Shown piece after piece: positions 8,225 to 18,400 of a DNA stretch of 42,671 bases (position 1 is its first letter; the number at the start of each line of letters is the position of its first letter). Position numbers and translations under genes: made by a program. Source of the DNA: Bacteroidales bacterium (GTDB lineage: Bacteria > Bacteroidota > Bacteroidia > Bacteroidales > UBA12077); contig JANQHR010000082.1 of assembly GCA_028282585.1 (NCBI GenBank), forward strand, positions 1 to 42,671, written 5' to 3'. Below the pieces are notes generated by a model. That model worked only from the letters and a program-made list of their open reading frames with translations, was not told where the DNA came from and did no database searches.

Positions 8225-10276
8225 ATGCGGGACTTCCAAAATATCGATAACGAATTTATAACCAAGATTAAAGGGATTGTCGAGGATAATATATCAAATG
8301 AAAACTTTGGTGTTTCGGAACTTGCAAATGAAATTGGGATGAGCCGTTCAAATTTACTTCGAAAGGTTCAGAAATTAACAGATTTGTCTGTTAGCCAGTT
8401 TATCAGGCAAATTCGTTTGGAACGTGCTATGGAAATTCTAAAACAATCATCTGTAAATGTTTCGGAAGTTGCTTACAGGGTTGGATTTAGCAGTACATCG
8501 TATTTCATAAAATGTTTTCGTGAACTTTATGGGTATCCACCAGGTGAAGTTGGAAAAAAGGAGCTTGAAGGAATCAAACCAGCAAATCTTAAGAAATCAA
8601 GAAAACCAAATAAATTAGTTATCCTAATATCTACAATTTTTATTTTAGTGATAGTTTATTTTGTAATTATTCAACCATACATTACAAGAAGGATACAGTT
8701 TAGAAAATCTATAGCGGTACTGCCATTTCGAAATGATAGTAACGATTCTACAAATGTATATGTTATCAATGGTGTAATGGAAGCAGTACTCAGTAATCTG
8801 CAGAAAATAGAGGACCTGAACGTAATAAGCAGAACATCTGTTGAAAAATATAGAAATACAGAAAAATCTATAAGAGACATAAGAAAGGAATTAAATGTAT
8901 GCTATGTGATTGAAGGCAGCGGACAAAAAATCAAAGATGAAATTTTTATTAGTATCCAGCTAATTGATGCCGAAAAGGACAGACATTTATGGGCCGAACA
9001 ATACAGGCAGGAAACAAAGGATATATTTCAATTACAAATAGATGTAGCTAAAAATATAGCTGAAGAAATTAAGGTCATTATGACTCCTGAAGAGGAGGAG
9101 CGAATAAATAAAATTCCAACCAATAACCTGGTTGCGTATGATTATTACTTAAAGGGTTTGGATTTATATAATAAAGCCGGAGGAAATCTCATCTATGCTA
9201 TTGATTATTATAAAAAGGCAATCGAACATGATTCGGAATTTGCACATCCTTACGCTGGAATAGCAAAGTGTTATTATTACATAGATCTGTTTCAGATTGA
9301 TAATGTTTATAGCGATTCTGTTGCTATTTATGCTGACAAGGCCTTACTATTAGATCCTGAATTAGCCCAAAGCCTGACTGCAAAAGCATTATCGTTTTTA
9401 ATTAAGGGAAAACATCAGCTAGCAATTCCTTATTTTGAAAAAGCATTGGAGTATAATCCAAATTCTGCTGAAACCTTGAATTTTTTATCTGATTTCTATG
9501 CTAATATTAATCCCAATACGTCTAAATATTTGGAATATGCTTTAAAAGGAATTCAGCTGGATATCACTTCTCACGACTCAACCATGGCAAGTTATATCTA
9601 TTTGCATGTAAGTAATGCTTTTATTCAGTCGGGTTTTGTTAAAGAGGCAGAATCATATATCAATAAATCTCTGGATTATAATCCTGAAAATATTTTTTCT
9701 CATTATGTAAAAGCATATATAAAACTTGCAAAGAACAGAGATCTGCAACAAACAAAAGAAATGTTAATTGAAACATTAAAAATGGATACAACCCGACTGG
9801 ATGTACTTCAGGAAGTAGGGAAGATATGTTATTACATGCGCGATTATGAAGCGGCCTATTTTTTCTATAAGAAATTTGTGGATGCAAAAGAAAAATACCA
9901 GTTAAGTATATTTCCTTCTGAAGATGCTAAAATTTCTATTGTATACGCTAATATGGGTTTGAAAGAGAAATCCGATCAGCTTTTACATAATTATTTTGAA
10001 TATGCCCAACATAATCAGTCAATTTATAAAAACTTAAGCCTGGCCTCGTATTATTCGGTAACAGGAGATATAGAAAGGGCCTTAGAGTATTTAAAGCTTT
10101 TTACAAATGAAGATAATTATTTTTACTGGCTGGTTTTGTTTTTGGATATGGAGCCTTTGATGGATAATATTAAGGATCATCCGGAATTTAAAAGAATGAA
10201 TAAAGAATTGATTGATAAGTTTTGGGATTACCACGAGGAAATAAAAACTACACTTAAAGAAAAAAATCTGATTTAA
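8225..10276 (+). CDS. Membrane-anchored regulator: AraC HTH - TM - TolB_N-like - TPR repeats
   Basis: MSRSNLLRK...VAYRVGFSSTSYFIKCF AraC domain; TM at ~aa131-152; KSIAVLPF..VISRTSV..YVIEGS domain; AYDYYLKG and TPR helices. Confidence 0.88.
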   Translation: MRDFQNIDNEFITKIKGIVEDNISNENFGVSELANEIGMSRSNLLRKVQKLTDLSVSQFIRQIRLERAMEILKQSSVNVSEVAYRVGFSSTSYFIKCFRELYGYPPGEVGKKELEGIKPANLKKSRKPNKLVILISTIFILVIVYFVIIQPYITRRIQFRKSIAVLPFRNDSNDSTNVYVINGVMEAVLSNLQKIEDLNVISRTSVEKYRNTEKSIRDIRKELNVCYVIEGSGQKIKDEIFISIQLIDAEKDRHLWAEQYRQETKDIFQLQIDVAKNIAEEIKVIMTPEEEERINKIPTNNLVAYDYYLKGLDLYNKAGGNLIYAIDYYKKAIEHDSEFAHPYAGIAKCYYYIDLFQIDNVYSDSVAIYADKALLLDPELAQSLTAKALSFLIKGKHQLAIPYFEKALEYNPNSAETLNFLSDFYANINPNTSKYLEYALKGIQLDITSHDSTMASYIYLHVSNAFIQSGFVKEAESYINKSLDYNPENIFSHYVKAYIKLAKNRDLQQTKEMLIETLKMDTTRLDVLQEVGKICYYMRDYEAAYFFYKKFVDAKEKYQLSIFPSEDAKISIVYANMGLKEKSDQLLHNYFEYAQHNQSIYKNLSLASYYSVTGDIERALEYLKLFTNEDNYFYWLVLFLDMEPLMDNIKDHPEFKRMNKELIDKFWDYHEEIKTTLKEKNLI

Positions 10277-10487
10277 TTACTTAGTAGTATACAATATCGT
10301 TTTATAGTAGGTGTTGATTTGTAAAAAAATAATAAAAATCAGAAGGTTAGGGCTTTAAAACAAGCTAAAACAGGTTATCGTTTATTACCCGGTTCTAGTG
10401 GGAAATGATACGTAACAGAAACTGCCAGGTTCTTTTGTGATTTTGTAGTTAAGAAAAATCACTTTTTCTAAAAATCTAAATATTCTA

Positions 10488-10958
10488 CTAATTTCTAACC
10501 TTTGTTTTTTCCATAAAAATTGCCAACCCCACGCAAGCTTTTGTTCCTTCCAGAACGCTAACATTTTTTTCATTTGATACAATTGTAATTTCAATCGATA
10601 TTAATTCGGTATGATCCAGAGCCAGGCTGATATTATTGGTGTAGTTATCATATTTATTATCATAAATGACTTCTCCGTTAACTGAGCTTCTTAATTTGAA
10701 ACGCAATGGATAATATCTTTCCTCGGTACAGCACTGAATAATTATTTCTTTCTGACCATATAATACAACTTCATAAATTACGGTTTTTCCAACCCCTAAA
10801 TAATGACTACGTGATAAACTACTTAGTTTAAATCCTTCAATATCATCTACCAGACAGCTCTTTGATTTATGAAATTCATGACATTTTTGACCATGTGCAG
10901 GATTTATTAAACCAACAATGGTAATAACTATTATAATTAATAAATGATGAATCTTCAT
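10488..10958 (-). CDS. Secreted Cys-containing hypothetical protein (paralog of 10985 and 29792)
   Basis: Signal peptide ending AHG-Q; shared motifs C-x8-C, SR, VxYG, CT..YP..F, YDNK, CxG. Confidence 0.8.
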   Translation of the reverse strand: MKIHHLLIIIVITIVGLINPAHGQKCHEFHKSKSCLVDDIEGFKLSSLSRSHYLGVGKTVIYEVVLYGQKEIIIQCCTEERYYPLRFKLRSSVNGEVIYDNKYDNYTNNISLALDHTELISIEITIVSNEKNVSVLEGTKACVGLAIFMEKTKVRN

Positions 10959-10984
10959 GTGTATATTTTTTATATTAGATCGTG

Positions 10985-11461
10985 TTAAAAATTATCTTCC
11001 ATATAAATAGCCATGCCTATGCATGCTTTCCCATCTTTAGATTTTTTTATTTTACTTTCTTTTGGTTCAACACTTATTTCAATAGCCAGCAATTCGGTAT
11101 GATCAAGCAAGAAATTTAAATTATCTATATAATTGTTGTATTTATTATCGTAGATAACTTTTCCGCTTTCCGACTTTATAAGTTTAAAGTGAACCGGATA
11201 AAAATCATCTTCGGTACAACATTTAACAACAATTTCAATGCCACCATAAAAAACAAGTTCATATCTAACTGTTTTTCCTATCTCCAGATCATATCTTCTG
11301 GATAATCCACTACGCTTATATCTGTCTTCCGCAAATTCGTAGGTGCAATTAGCTGTTTCCAGAAAGTTTAAGCATTCCAGATCGCCTTTTGAAACTACTG
11401 TTGCAGAAGTATCTATTAATAGAGGAAATAGTAAACCCAATATGTATGTTTTTAGAATCAT
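10985..11461 (-). CDS. Secreted Cys-containing hypothetical protein (paralog of 10488 and 29792)
   Basis: Same motif set; VIYDNKY.NY and LDHTEL.IEI are shared with 10488. Confidence 0.8.
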   Translation of the reverse strand: MILKTYILGLLFPLLIDTSATVVSKGDLECLNFLETANCTYEFAEDRYKRSGLSRRYDLEIGKTVRYELVFYGGIEIVVKCCTEDDFYPVHFKLIKSESGKVIYDNKYNNYIDNLNFLLDHTELLAIEISVEPKESKIKKSKDGKACIGMAIYMEDNF

Positions 11462-11463
11462 TT

Positions 11464-12294
11464 TTAGCTATTATTTACTATCTCAGTTCGTATTTTAGAA
11501 ATAGTTTCTTTCAACTTGTAAAATTCCTCTTTCTCTATTTTAAGAGTAGGGCCTCCTTTAAATCGTATTTTTCCATCTGGGGTTCTGATCATTTCCCGTT
11601 TGGTTCCTTCTGTTAATTTTACCCTGTCGTAGATAGCTTGTATCTCTTTTAGGTAAACCAATATTGCCGCAAGATTTCGATTATTTTTATGTAAATCGCA
11701 CGATTTAACCAAATTATTAAATGCATATTTTTGTTCGGCCACTTTTTGAATTAAAGCACTATTTTCCTCGTAATTACCTGCAAGATTTACAGCTATGTAG
11801 ATACATTCGATATAAGCCCCCGCAATAATTAATGTCATTGCATTTTGATTATTATTAGCTTCCAGTTCGTGCATTATATCGTAATAATAAACATTGGTAA
11901 AGTGATAAATTGAGTCGAAATTATCAATGTTTTCTGTAAAATCGCTTACCAGATTTTCTTTTATCTGAGATGATATTAAGAGGTAATTACTTAGTTGACC
12001 AATAACTTCCAGATAATTTAAAACTTTTGTTCTTCTCGAAAAAAAAGCAGCATAGGCCATGTCTGCCATATAAATACCCAGGTTTAAGTTTCTCGATTTA
12101 GTATCAATGTATTTTGAAAGGTTTTCAGTTGGGTTCATCAGTTTGTTATCAAAGGATAACTGTCCCTCATCTATTACCGCAATCAGTTCACCCGGTGTGG
12201 GATAAAGGAAATAGACCTCGGCACTGGTTTGTGAGATAGAGATTTGGTGTAAGAACAAAAAGCAAAGGATGGAAATTAGAAGCTTATAATTCAT
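11464..12294 (-). CDS. Secreted alpha-helical hypothetical protein (paralog of lipoprotein 28849)
   Basis: PTPGE, NP..N...Y.D.KSR..NLGIY.AD.AY, GA..E..Y.AVN and QK..F.N motifs shared with 28849; signal peptide has no lipobox. Confidence 0.82.
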   Translation of the reverse strand: MNYKLLISILCFLFLHQISISQTSAEVYFLYPTPGELIAVIDEGQLSFDNKLMNPTENLSKYIDTKSRNLNLGIYMADMAYAAFFSRRTKVLNYLEVIGQLSNYLLISSQIKENLVSDFTENIDNFDSIYHFTNVYYYDIMHELEANNNQNAMTLIIAGAYIECIYIAVNLAGNYEENSALIQKVAEQKYAFNNLVKSCDLHKNNRNLAAILVYLKEIQAIYDRVKLTEGTKREMIRTPDGKIRFKGGPTLKIEKEEFYKLKETISKIRTEIVNNS

Positions 12295-12805
12295 TACGTT
12301 AAGTTTTAAATTGTGTACACTAAAAATATAAAAAAAATATGTAAAAATGAATTTAAGTTACCGATTAATAATGTGAGATTTATGGTTTATACGTTAGTAA
12401 GATACAGATAAATATTCACTTTTCCATATTATGTTTCCTTATACAAAAAGAATAAATTATTCAATCCCATAATTAGGTATTAATACCCTATTAATTTTTC
12501 AAGATTAGATTTAATTATGTATAGGCTTAAATGGATACAACAAGAGTCTGTAAAAATAAATTTAAGAATAAAGCTTTGTAAAACTGAGAAAGATAATTTT
12601 AATCAAAGTGTATTTTTAATAATGACCTATATATTAGTTATTTATAAGAAGAAGGATTATTAAATAAGTCTTTAAACAAATTAATTTAATGCACTATTGA
12701 AGCATACGATAATAAAAACAGTAAAAATTAAGATAAAAGAATTTGAAATAAGATAAAATATTTGTCCCAAGTAAAAATACCCGGTATTAAATCCTAAAAG
12801 GAAAA

Positions 12806-14908
12806 ATGATTATGAACAATAAAAGTAAATCTCGTGAAAAATTAATTCAGGAAAACGAGAAACTAGAGTTTCAATATTCAAGGTGCATTCGCTTATTAGA
12901 AAATGCCAGGGATATGATTTATCGAATGTCGCTTCCCGAAGGTATATATGAATATGTTAGTTCTGCTTCAAAAGAGGTTTTCGGTTACGAGCCGGAAGTT
13001 TTCTATAATAACCCGGTCCTTATCCGCGATGCAATTCATCCTGAGTTTGTTCAATATTTCCAAAAAGAGTGGGAAAATCTTTTAAACGATAAAATGCCTG
13101 AAACATATGAATATAAAATAATACATAAATCTGGTGAAGAAAGATGGTTAAATCAGCGTAATGTTCTTATAAAAAATGAATTTGGAAAACCCATAGCCAT
13201 AGAGGGAATTGTAACTGATATTACAGCAAGAAAAAAAGCAGAATTTGAACGCGACAAGCTAACTCTTGATATAGGAGAGCGAGTAAAGGAACTAAATTGT
13301 TTATATAAAATTTCGGATTATTCCTTCGAAGGAATTAGTATAGAAGAATTTATCCGAAAAGTAATTGAAATCATTCCTCCTTCATTTCAATACCCTGAAA
13401 CTACAAATGCGAAAATTACGATAGGAGAAAAGGAATATAAGAACAAAAATTATAAACCTTCAAAATGGAATTTAAAACATGACATAAAAATAGGAGAGCA
13501 AAAGGCAGGAATTATTGAAATAAATTATGAGGATGAAATGCCAGAACACTTTCAGGGACCATTTTTAAAGGAGGAGTTAAACCTGATTAATGGTATAGCT
13601 GAAATTGTAGGAAGAACAATTGATTTCAGAAGAAAGGAAAAAGAACTAAAAGAAAAAAACGAAGAGTACTTAACAATAAATGAAGAACTAAAAGAAAAAA
13701 ACAATGAATATCAGCTTTTAAATGAAAAATATATAACGCAAAATGAAGAGTTATTGGAACGAAATGAAGAATTTAAAGTAATTAACGAGGAACTAAAGAA
13801 ATCAAATCTACAACAATTAGCACTTTTCGATGGAATCGATGACGTTATTTATGTTGCTGACCCGGATACATATGAAATATTGTATTTTAATAAAACTGCA
13901 CGTGATATTTGGGGAAAGGATTCTTTAAGAAAAAAGTGTTACGAAATCTTACAGGGAAGAAAAGAACCATGCCCATTTTGTACTAATGATAAAATTTTTG
14001 GTAAAGATGAGGGTAACTCTGTAGTATGGGAATTTCAAAATGAGATTAGCAAACAGTGGTTTCGGTGTTCTGATAAGGCAATAAAATGGAGCAACGGAAA
14101 GATGGTTCGTTTTGAGTTGGCCAGCGATATTACAGAGCAAAAGAATACACAATTTAAATTGCAGAATACATTGAAGGAACTGGAGCGATCAAATAAAGAA
14201 TTAGAGCAATTTGCATATGTTGCTTCTCACGACCTGCAAGAACCACTTAGAAAAGTTAAAAACTTTACGGAGTTACTTGAAAGAAAATACAAAGGTGTAA
14301 TTGATAGTAAAGCAGATCAGTATATCAGATATATTACTTCCGGTGCAGATAGAATGCAAAACCTGGTTTTAGATTTACTAACGTTTTCAAGAGTTTCAAC
14401 TAAAGGTAAGGATTTTGTCTCAGCCGACTTTAATGAAATAGTTCAAAAGGTTTCAGATAACTTGCAATTAAGTATTGAAGAGGCTAAAGCACATATAGTT
14501 ACTAACGATTTGCCAGTTTTAAAAGTAGATGAGACACAAATAATGCAAGTTTTTCAGAATCTAATTAGTAATGCAATTAAATTCAAATCGGAGGTACCTC
14601 CGATTATAAATATAAATGCAGTGGAGAATGAAAACTATTGGCTGTTCGAAATCATCGATAATGGTATTGGGATGGATATGCAATATAAAGAAAAGATTTT
14701 TGAGATTTTTCAACGCCTTCACACTAAAGAAGAATATGAGGGCACCGGAATTGGTTTGGCAATATGTAAGAAGATTATTGAAAGGCATAATGGCAAAATA
14801 TGGGTAGAGTCTGAATTAGGAAACCTGTCTGCCCTGTCTTCCGAACAGGCAGGAAGTAGACAAAGCGGAACAAAATTTTATTTTACAATACCGAAAAAAA
14901 TTAAATAA
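12806..14908 (+). CDS. Cytoplasmic sensor histidine kinase: PAS - GAF-like - coiled coil - PAS - HisKA - HATPase (Cph1/BphP-type kinase core)
   Basis: FAYVASHDLQEPLR H-box, QNLISNAIKF, DNGIG, IFQRLH and GTGIGLAIC; PAC motifs GIVTDIT and ASDITE; no TM helix. Confidence 0.92.
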   Translation: MIMNNKSKSREKLIQENEKLEFQYSRCIRLLENARDMIYRMSLPEGIYEYVSSASKEVFGYEPEVFYNNPVLIRDAIHPEFVQYFQKEWENLLNDKMPETYEYKIIHKSGEERWLNQRNVLIKNEFGKPIAIEGIVTDITARKKAEFERDKLTLDIGERVKELNCLYKISDYSFEGISIEEFIRKVIEIIPPSFQYPETTNAKITIGEKEYKNKNYKPSKWNLKHDIKIGEQKAGIIEINYEDEMPEHFQGPFLKEELNLINGIAEIVGRTIDFRRKEKELKEKNEEYLTINEELKEKNNEYQLLNEKYITQNEELLERNEEFKVINEELKKSNLQQLALFDGIDDVIYVADPDTYEILYFNKTARDIWGKDSLRKKCYEILQGRKEPCPFCTNDKIFGKDEGNSVVWEFQNEISKQWFRCSDKAIKWSNGKMVRFELASDITEQKNTQFKLQNTLKELERSNKELEQFAYVASHDLQEPLRKVKNFTELLERKYKGVIDSKADQYIRYITSGADRMQNLVLDLLTFSRVSTKGKDFVSADFNEIVQKVSDNLQLSIEEAKAHIVTNDLPVLKVDETQIMQVFQNLISNAIKFKSEVPPIININAVENENYWLFEIIDNGIGMDMQYKEKIFEIFQRLHTKEEYEGTGIGLAICKKIIERHNGKIWVESELGNLSALSSEQAGSRQSGTKFYFTIPKKIK
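14824..14862. repeat. Nested palindromic REP-like element inserted in frame in the kinase gene
   Basis: CCTGTCTGC-[CCTGTCT-TCCGAAC-AGGCAGG]-AA-GTAGACA; the protein has 14 extra aa between VESELG and GTKFYF. Confidence 0.7.
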
Positions 14909-14910
14909 TT

Positions 14911-15354
14911 ATGAAAGAAGATTTAAAACGGATCGAGGTTCTTTTAGTCGAAGATGATCCTCAAGATGTTGAAATTACTAAAGAATTGATGGAGTTATCA
15001 AAGGTTAGACTAAATGTTAATGTAGTTGGAAACGGAGCAGAAGCTTTATCTTATCTTAGAAAGGAAAATGAATTTGCTAACTCAATGAGGCCTGATTTAA
15101 TACTGTTGGATCTAAACATGCCCAAAATGAATGGTAGAGAGTTTTTGCATGAAATAAAAAAAGATGATTCACTTTGTATGATTCCCGTCGTGATCCTTAC
15201 AACCTCAAAAGCAGATGAAGACATTGTTAAAACTTACAAACTTGGAGCAAGTTGCTATGTAACAAAACCTGTAGGTTTGGACCAATTTCAGAAGGTAGTT
15301 CAGGCTGTAGACAATTTTTGGTTTACTGTGGTTAAATATCCACCGAAATCATAA
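14911..15354 (+). CDS. Single-domain response regulator, Rcp1-type
   Basis: LLVEDD, PDLILLDLNMP, VVILTTS, YVTKP and the C-terminal FW motif; 2 bp after its kinase gene. Confidence 0.92.
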   Translation: MKEDLKRIEVLLVEDDPQDVEITKELMELSKVRLNVNVVGNGAEALSYLRKENEFANSMRPDLILLDLNMPKMNGREFLHEIKKDDSLCMIPVVILTTSKADEDIVKTYKLGASCYVTKPVGLDQFQKVVQAVDNFWFTVVKYPPKS

Positions 15355-15422
15355 TTTTTTAAAAGATTTTACCTAAACCAACTAAATATGATTGTTTTGA
15401 AACTGATTAATTTATTATAGTT

Positions 15423-18400
15423 ATGGATAAAAAAAATTATAAGATATTGCTTATCGAAGATGATGAGGGTGATGCTTTTTTATTCAAAGAAATAATAAGT
15501 GATGTTAAAAACTACAAATTTGATATTACAACCATAAAAACTTTAAAAGAAGCAATTAGTGAGTTAAAAGGTGAAAATTTTGAATTGGTAATAACCGATC
15601 TTGGATTGCCAGACAGTAATGGTATAGATACTTTTATAAAGTTAGCAGAGCACTTTAAGCATATACCCATCATAGTCTTAAGTGGATTAGGCAATGAACA
15701 GGTGGCCTTAAATTCAATAAAATTAGGAGCACAGGATTATATTGTTAAAGGAGAGTATGATGCTGAAAAAATGTTCCAAACCATTAGATATTCATACGGT
15801 AGAAAAAAATTATCAAATCAATTATTAGAAAGTACGGACAGATTTAAAAGTATAGCAGAGAATATACAGGATGGATTAACTATTATTGAGAACAAGAAAG
15901 TTGTATATGTTAATAACAGGATGACAGAGATAACAGGTTATTCGCTCGAAGAACTTAAGCTTATATATAACGGAGATACTGATATTGAAACTAATTTAAC
16001 AATTTTTTTTAACCAACTAAGCGATTCCGGTAATTTCTACGGAGATGAATCTTTATGGATTAAAAGGAAAGATGGCAGACGCTGTTACTTAAGAAATAGA
16101 ACAACGGTAAAAAAAACTAATGGACGTAAAATAGAAAAGTACATTTCTACAACAGATATTACAAATAACTGGAGAAATGAGACTATAAAGAATTTTGTAA
16201 ATACAATTACATCTTCAATTAATGTGGTTGAGAACGAAAAAGATTTTTTTAAAGTTATATATAAAGAGGTACATAAAATATTCAACGATAAGGAAATATG
16301 CCTTGCGATAACAAAGGAAAACCAAGTTGATTTTATTAATGTTAAGGATAAAAAGATTCAAATTCATGAGTTTCCGTTACATGAAAGCATGTGTAATTTA
16401 TTATTAGAAAATCAAGAAGCAAAATATTATAACGAAAAAGAGTTAAATAAACTTGTAAAAGAAGAGAACGCAAAGTTTAATGGAAAAGTTCCAAAATCAT
16501 GGCTAGGAGCCTCAATATATAGCAATAACAAAAAGCATGGTGTTTTAATTCTTAAAGATTTTGAAAATAATTCAGCTTTTAATGATGAAGATTTAGAGTT
16601 GGTTAAGTTTATTGCTAAACAAATTACTCTTGCCATTCAGAAAAACAAAAGTGAAGAAAAAATCCATCAACTATCATTATCCGTTGAGCAAAGCCCTGCC
16701 GCAGTAATTATAACTAATGTGGATGGGAATATTGAATATGTTAATAATACGTTTACCGAAGTTACCGGATATGAGAAAAATGAAGTTTTAGGGAAAAACC
16801 CCAGGATTCTGAAATCAGGAAAGACAACAGCAAAAACATACCTCGATTTATGGCAAACCATAGGCAAAAGTGAAACATGGAAAGGAATATTTATTAATAA
16901 AAAGAAATCAGGAGAGATTTATTACGAAGAGGCCAAGATCTCACCAATAACAAATCATGATAATAAAGTAACGCACTACGTAGCAATTAAAGAAGATATT
17001 TCTGAAAGAATTGAAAAAGAGAAAGAGTTATTAGTAGCAAAAGATAAAGCGGAAGAATCAGAGCGAAGAATTAAAGACCTGTTGATAGAAATGCAGATTA
17101 AAAATACGGAGATATCTGAATTATTAGATGGTGCTAAAAAAATCTTGGAACTTAGTTCGTTTAAAAAAATTGCTAAAATCCTTTTTGATTCCTGTAAAAA
17201 ACTTACCGGAGCAAAAGCAGGATATGTTGCTCTATTGTCAGAATCCGGCTATGAAAATAACATTCTTTTCATGGATAACGGAGACAATAATTACAATGTT
17301 GATCCCAATTTAGCTATGCTGGTTCGTGGACTAAAGGAGTTAGCTTACAAAAAAAAGGAAGTTGTTTATGATAACGATATTAATAATTCCGAATGGCTTA
17401 AACATTTACCGGAAGGTCATGCTGCAATGAAAAATGTATTAATTGCTCCGTTAATTATAAAGAATCAGGCTGTTGGTGTAATCGGAATTGCAAATAAACC
17501 TACCAATTTTACTACTTCGGATGCGAGAATTGTTAGTGCTTTTGGAGAATTAGCTTCTTTGGCATTATTTAATTCGCAAAATATTGAAGAATTAAAAGAA
17601 GCCAAAGAGAAAGCAGAAGAAAGTGATCAACTAAAATCGTCATTTTTATTGAATATGTCACATGAAGTGCGTACACCAATGAACGGTATTATTGGATTTT
17701 CTCAATTTCTTAGGGATCCGGAACTATCTTCCGAAAACAGGATTCGTTACATAAATATTGTAAATGAAAGTTGTCAGCAGTTGTTAAAAATTATTGAAGA
17801 TATACTTGAGATCTCTAAATTAGAAACTCAACAAGTAGAAATAATGAACGAAGAATTTGATCCTGAGGAGGTAACAAGTAATATCTTTTTGGAACATAAA
17901 GAAATTTGTGAACAAAAAGGAATTGATTTAAATTTTCATTGTAAGGCTTTAAAAAAGAGAAAATTATATTCGGATAAAATAAAAGTGGTTCAAATCCTCA
18001 AAAACTTATTAAACAACTCTATCAAGTTTACACATGAAGGCAAAATAGAAATTGGAATAAAAGATAACAAAGAACACATAAAATTCTTTGTTAAAGATAC
18101 CGGAATTGGTATAGAACCTGACCTAAAAGACAAGATTTTTGAAAGGTTTAGGCAGGCGGAAGTTGCAATGTCTAGAAATTATGGTGGAACTGGTTTAGGT
18201 TTAGCAATAGCAAAGGGATATATAGAATTAATGAATGGTAAAATTTGGGTAGAGTCAGAAAAGGATAAAGGTTCTACTTTCTATTTTGAATTACCATATC
18301 AAAACACAAAAAATGCGATAACTAAACCTATGGTAGAAGATGTTCAGGAACCAATAATAAGCTTTATTAACGCAAAAGTTCTGGTTGCAGAAGATGAGGA

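Noticed and set aside
12806-14908. Bacteriophytochrome
   Set aside because: Only the kinase core is phytochrome-like; there is no PAS-GAF-PHY module, no DIP/PASDIP motif and no heme oxygenase gene nearby.
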